Positions 61,176 through 64,000 of a DNA stretch of 64,000 nucleotides are shown piece after piece. Source of the DNA: Eledone cirrhosa (lineage: Eukaryota). The notes beneath the pieces were generated by a model. The model searched no databases, was not told the DNA's origin, and worked only from the letters and a program-made list of their open reading frames with translations. The stretch's first letter is position 1. Each line of letters starts with the position of its first letter. A program made the position numbers and the translations under genes. The stretch spans positions 33,170,001 to 33,234,000 of the forward strand of contig OZ024745.1 of assembly GCA_964016885.1 (NCBI GenBank), given 5' to 3'.

Positions 61176-62529
61176 ACGAACACGCAGCCGTTCATCGCTA
61201 TAAGTGGTCACCCCAAAAAAAAGAAAAAAATAGCACATCTGGTTTTGTGAGTAACATTACGAATACACAGCAAATTTAGCGACAAACTATGAAAATACTC
61301 AAGGACACGCACACACGCACATGTGGAATTCGCACAGACATACTTTTTCTCTCACGCATCAATTAACTGTCGCATTTCACCAATATATATATATATGTTT
61401 CTCGTTTCTTACAACGAACACTTTCAAAACAAAAAAAACATTTCACGATATATATATATGTTTCTCGTTTCTTACAACGAACTCTTTCAAAACACAAAAA
61501 AAAAAAAAGAAATTTGATATTCTTTAAAAAACATTTCAACAGGAACATTTATTTTCGATGAACCATTGCCGTTTGTTCATCGTTTTCTTCATCGTTCAAG
61601 TTTTTTGTTTTTTTCCAAAGTTCACACCAATAATTATGCTGATTGAAGCCTTTCTTTTTCATCATTGTCACTTTCAAAATTGCACTATCATTTTCTCGCG
61701 CGTTAGAAATATTTTTTTTCAACCTTGTATTGGCACGTGTAGGCAGCATAAATTCTCGATTCACTGAGATGTCTCTACTCACAGACAGCCGCACGCCAGA
61801 GATAGCATTTCTCCCCCAAGGATTCTTCAGCCTTAAGCTATATTCTTCTATTTGCCGGTTTATAAATTTACAATGTAAATTTACCGTTGATAACCGCGCA
61901 TTTATTAAGAATGCTTATTTCTCTGGTCGCTGGCCTCTTGACCCTTCCAGGTCAACGCATTCTCAACATCGACCATCAACTTCGGCTGCTATTTCTAGCA
62001 CTTTGCGCAACTCATTTTTTTCTAAAAAAAAATTTTTTTACTGTGAATTTAAACACCGAATACGCTCACTCAGCGAGACAACAGCAGCAGCAACAGCAAT
62101 ATAACAGCAACAGCAATACATCAACACAGCTTCACCAAAGCCAGAGAATTTATTTTTGCAGCACTCTTCCTGTGAGAAAATCCATTCGGAGGTTGGAAAT
62201 TTCACGATATACCACAGAACAGAAACCACCTGCATTCATTCTCTGGAACACACTTTCTTTCCTGCTGTCATGTGATTGCACACCTGTGAACTATATTTTG
62301 AACTTTGAGCTCTTCTATTACTTTTACTTTATTACATTGTATCTTTGGGTGATGGATAGATGGATGTCCAGTCGTTCTCTGGCCAAGAGCGGTTGGCTAC
62401 CTTGATATCTATCATTGATTTTTCCAAACATTCTTTTGTCGTAATTTTCATGCCTGTTACAACATTCTCGCCAACTTGCTACATATTTTCATTTCGATTT
62501 TTATACACTAAAATTCTGGCGGGAGGTTA

Positions 62530-62896
62530 TGTAGCGGTTGTCTCCCTTGTTTTGATTGGGATCTAGACGGGAGGTGGAACCCTTTCTGCGACTTCCGGTC
62601 AGAGCCCTATAAAACTAACAACTTTAAGCTTCCTTTCTCTCTTTGCCTTTTCGGCACCAGGTCGAAGAGCCTCTCATTTGGCTCTGCCATTAATTTGGCC
62701 AACAGGCGCCTGGCTAAGGCCAGGCGCCCTCTGCCAGCCGCGTTTGCCTGGCAATCAAAACGGTAACTACTAACTTTGTTTCATTCTAACATCTATCTTT
62801 GACATGTCAAGTATTCTATCTACCGTTAATTAAATATTATATACACAAACCATGTCTCGTTTTGTTACATTCATACAACCCAGTATCTTCGCTATA
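62530..62896 (+). repeat. 3' LTR (367 bp)
   Basis: Identical by eye to the 5' LTR except for 38 extra bp (62715-62752). Confidence 0.9.
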
Positions 62897-64000
62897 GTGT
62901 CATATCTGTATCTGTTATAGTGTAGGAAGCTTCATTAGTTAGTCTTGTCTGTATAGTGTCACATCTGTATCTGTTATAGTGTAGAAAGCTTCATTAGTTA
63001 GTTACTACATCTGGTAATGTCTGTATAGTGTCATATCTGTATCTGTTATAGTGTAGAAAGCTTCATTAGTTAGTTACTACATCTGGTAATGTCTGTATAG
63101 TGTCACATCTGTATCTGTTATAGTGTAGAAAGCTTCATTAGTTAGTTACTACATCTGGTAATATCTGTATAGTGTCATATCTGTATCTGTTATAGTGTAG
63201 GAAGCTTCATTAGTTAGTTACTACATCTGGTAATGTCTGTATAGTGTCACATCTGTATCTGTTATAGTGTAGAAAGCTTCATTAGTTAGTTATTACATCT
63301 GGTAATGTCTGTATAGTGTCACATCTGTATCTGTTATAGTGTAGAAAGCTTCATTAGTTAGTTACTACATCTGGTAATGTCTGTATAGTGTCATATCTGT
63401 ATCTGTTATAGTGTAGGAAGCTTCATTAGTTAGTTACTACATCTGGTAATGTCTGTATAGTGTCACATCTGTATCTGTTATAGTGTAGAAAGCTTCATTA
63501 GTTAGTTACTACATCTGGTAATGTCTGTATAGTGTCACATCTGTATCTGTTATAGTGTAGGAAGCTTCATTAGTTAGTTACTACATCTGGTAATGTCTGT
63601 ATAGTGTCACATCTGTATCTGTTATAGTGTAGAAAGCTTCATTAGTTAGTTACTACATCTGGTAATGTCTGTATAGTGTCACATCTGTATCTGTTATAGT
63701 GTAGGAAGCTTCATTAGTTAGTTACTACATCTGGTAATGTCTGTATAGTGTCACATCTGTATCTGTTATAGTGTAGAAAGCTTAATTAGTTAGTTACTAC
63801 ATCTGGTAATGTCTGTATAGTGTCACATCTGTATCTGTTATAGTGTAGGAAGCTTCATTAGTTAGTTACTACATCTGGTAATGTCTGTATAGTGTCACAT
63901 CTGTATCTGTTATAGTGTAGAAAGCTTCATTAGTTAGTTACTACATCTGGTAATGTCTGTATAGTGTCACATCTGTATCTGTTATAGTGTAGAAAGCTTA

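Larger units (their letters stand above)
60828..62896 (+). mobile_element. Non-autonomous LTR retrotransposon (2069 bp; probably a Gypsy/CsRn1-like derivative)
   Basis: LTRs 60828-61156 and 62530-62896; GTGT TSD; tRNA-Trp PBS; purine-rich GGCGGGAGG before the 3' LTR; no recognisable gag/pol. Confidence 0.9.
57075..64000. repeat. Satellite array: 72-bp unit and 59-bp variant, typically one AAGCTT per unit; interrupted by an LTR element and continuing past the window end
   Basis: Unit CTGTATCTGTTATAGTGTAG(G/A)AAGCTTCATTAGTTAGTTACTACATCTGGTAATGTCTGTATAGTGTCACAT. Confidence 0.97.

Noticed and set aside
61549-62566. Internal ORFs of the LTR element as gag/env or captured genes
   Set aside because: Short, low complexity, no recognisable motif; antisense frames are interrupted by stops.
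60828-62896. Retrozyme (hammerhead-bearing LTR element)
   Set aside because: No CUGANGA/GAAA core was found in the LTRs by eye.
57075-64000. CRISPR-like array (also considered for 51708-52672 and 53850-55045)
   Set aside because: Head-to-tail repeats without unique spacers, no cas genes, eukaryotic context.

Overview
This is AT-rich, repeat-dense animal DNA. The SINE/LINE families and microsatellite style suggest a coleoid cephalopod such as Octopus (inference). Two convergent, partial multi-exon genes were reconstructed from GT-AG sites and exon phase. (1) The 3' eight exons of TMEM181 (+, 10359-19499, 312 codons including stop). (2) The 3' 19 exons of a very divergent dynein heavy chain-like gene (-, 56268-27510, 1114 codons including stop, AAA5 to C-terminus). 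Their introns hold an apparently intact RTE-clade LINE (APE + RT, 1073 aa) with a C4-H-C3 PHD-type finger inserted inside the RT, plus decayed relatives and partner SINEs whose (GAT)n tails repeatedly abut (TA)n tracts and form inverted pairs. Other elements are a deleted Chapaev3-type DNA transposon, a non-autonomous Helitron, mariner-type MITEs, CR1, R4/Dong and Penelope fragments with decayed hammerhead-like motifs, and several tandem arrays. A >6.9 kb 72/59-bp satellite carries a very young 2.07-kb non-autonomous LTR element with a tRNA-Trp PBS and TG...TA ends. All coordinates were read by eye and family names come from recalled motifs, not database searches.
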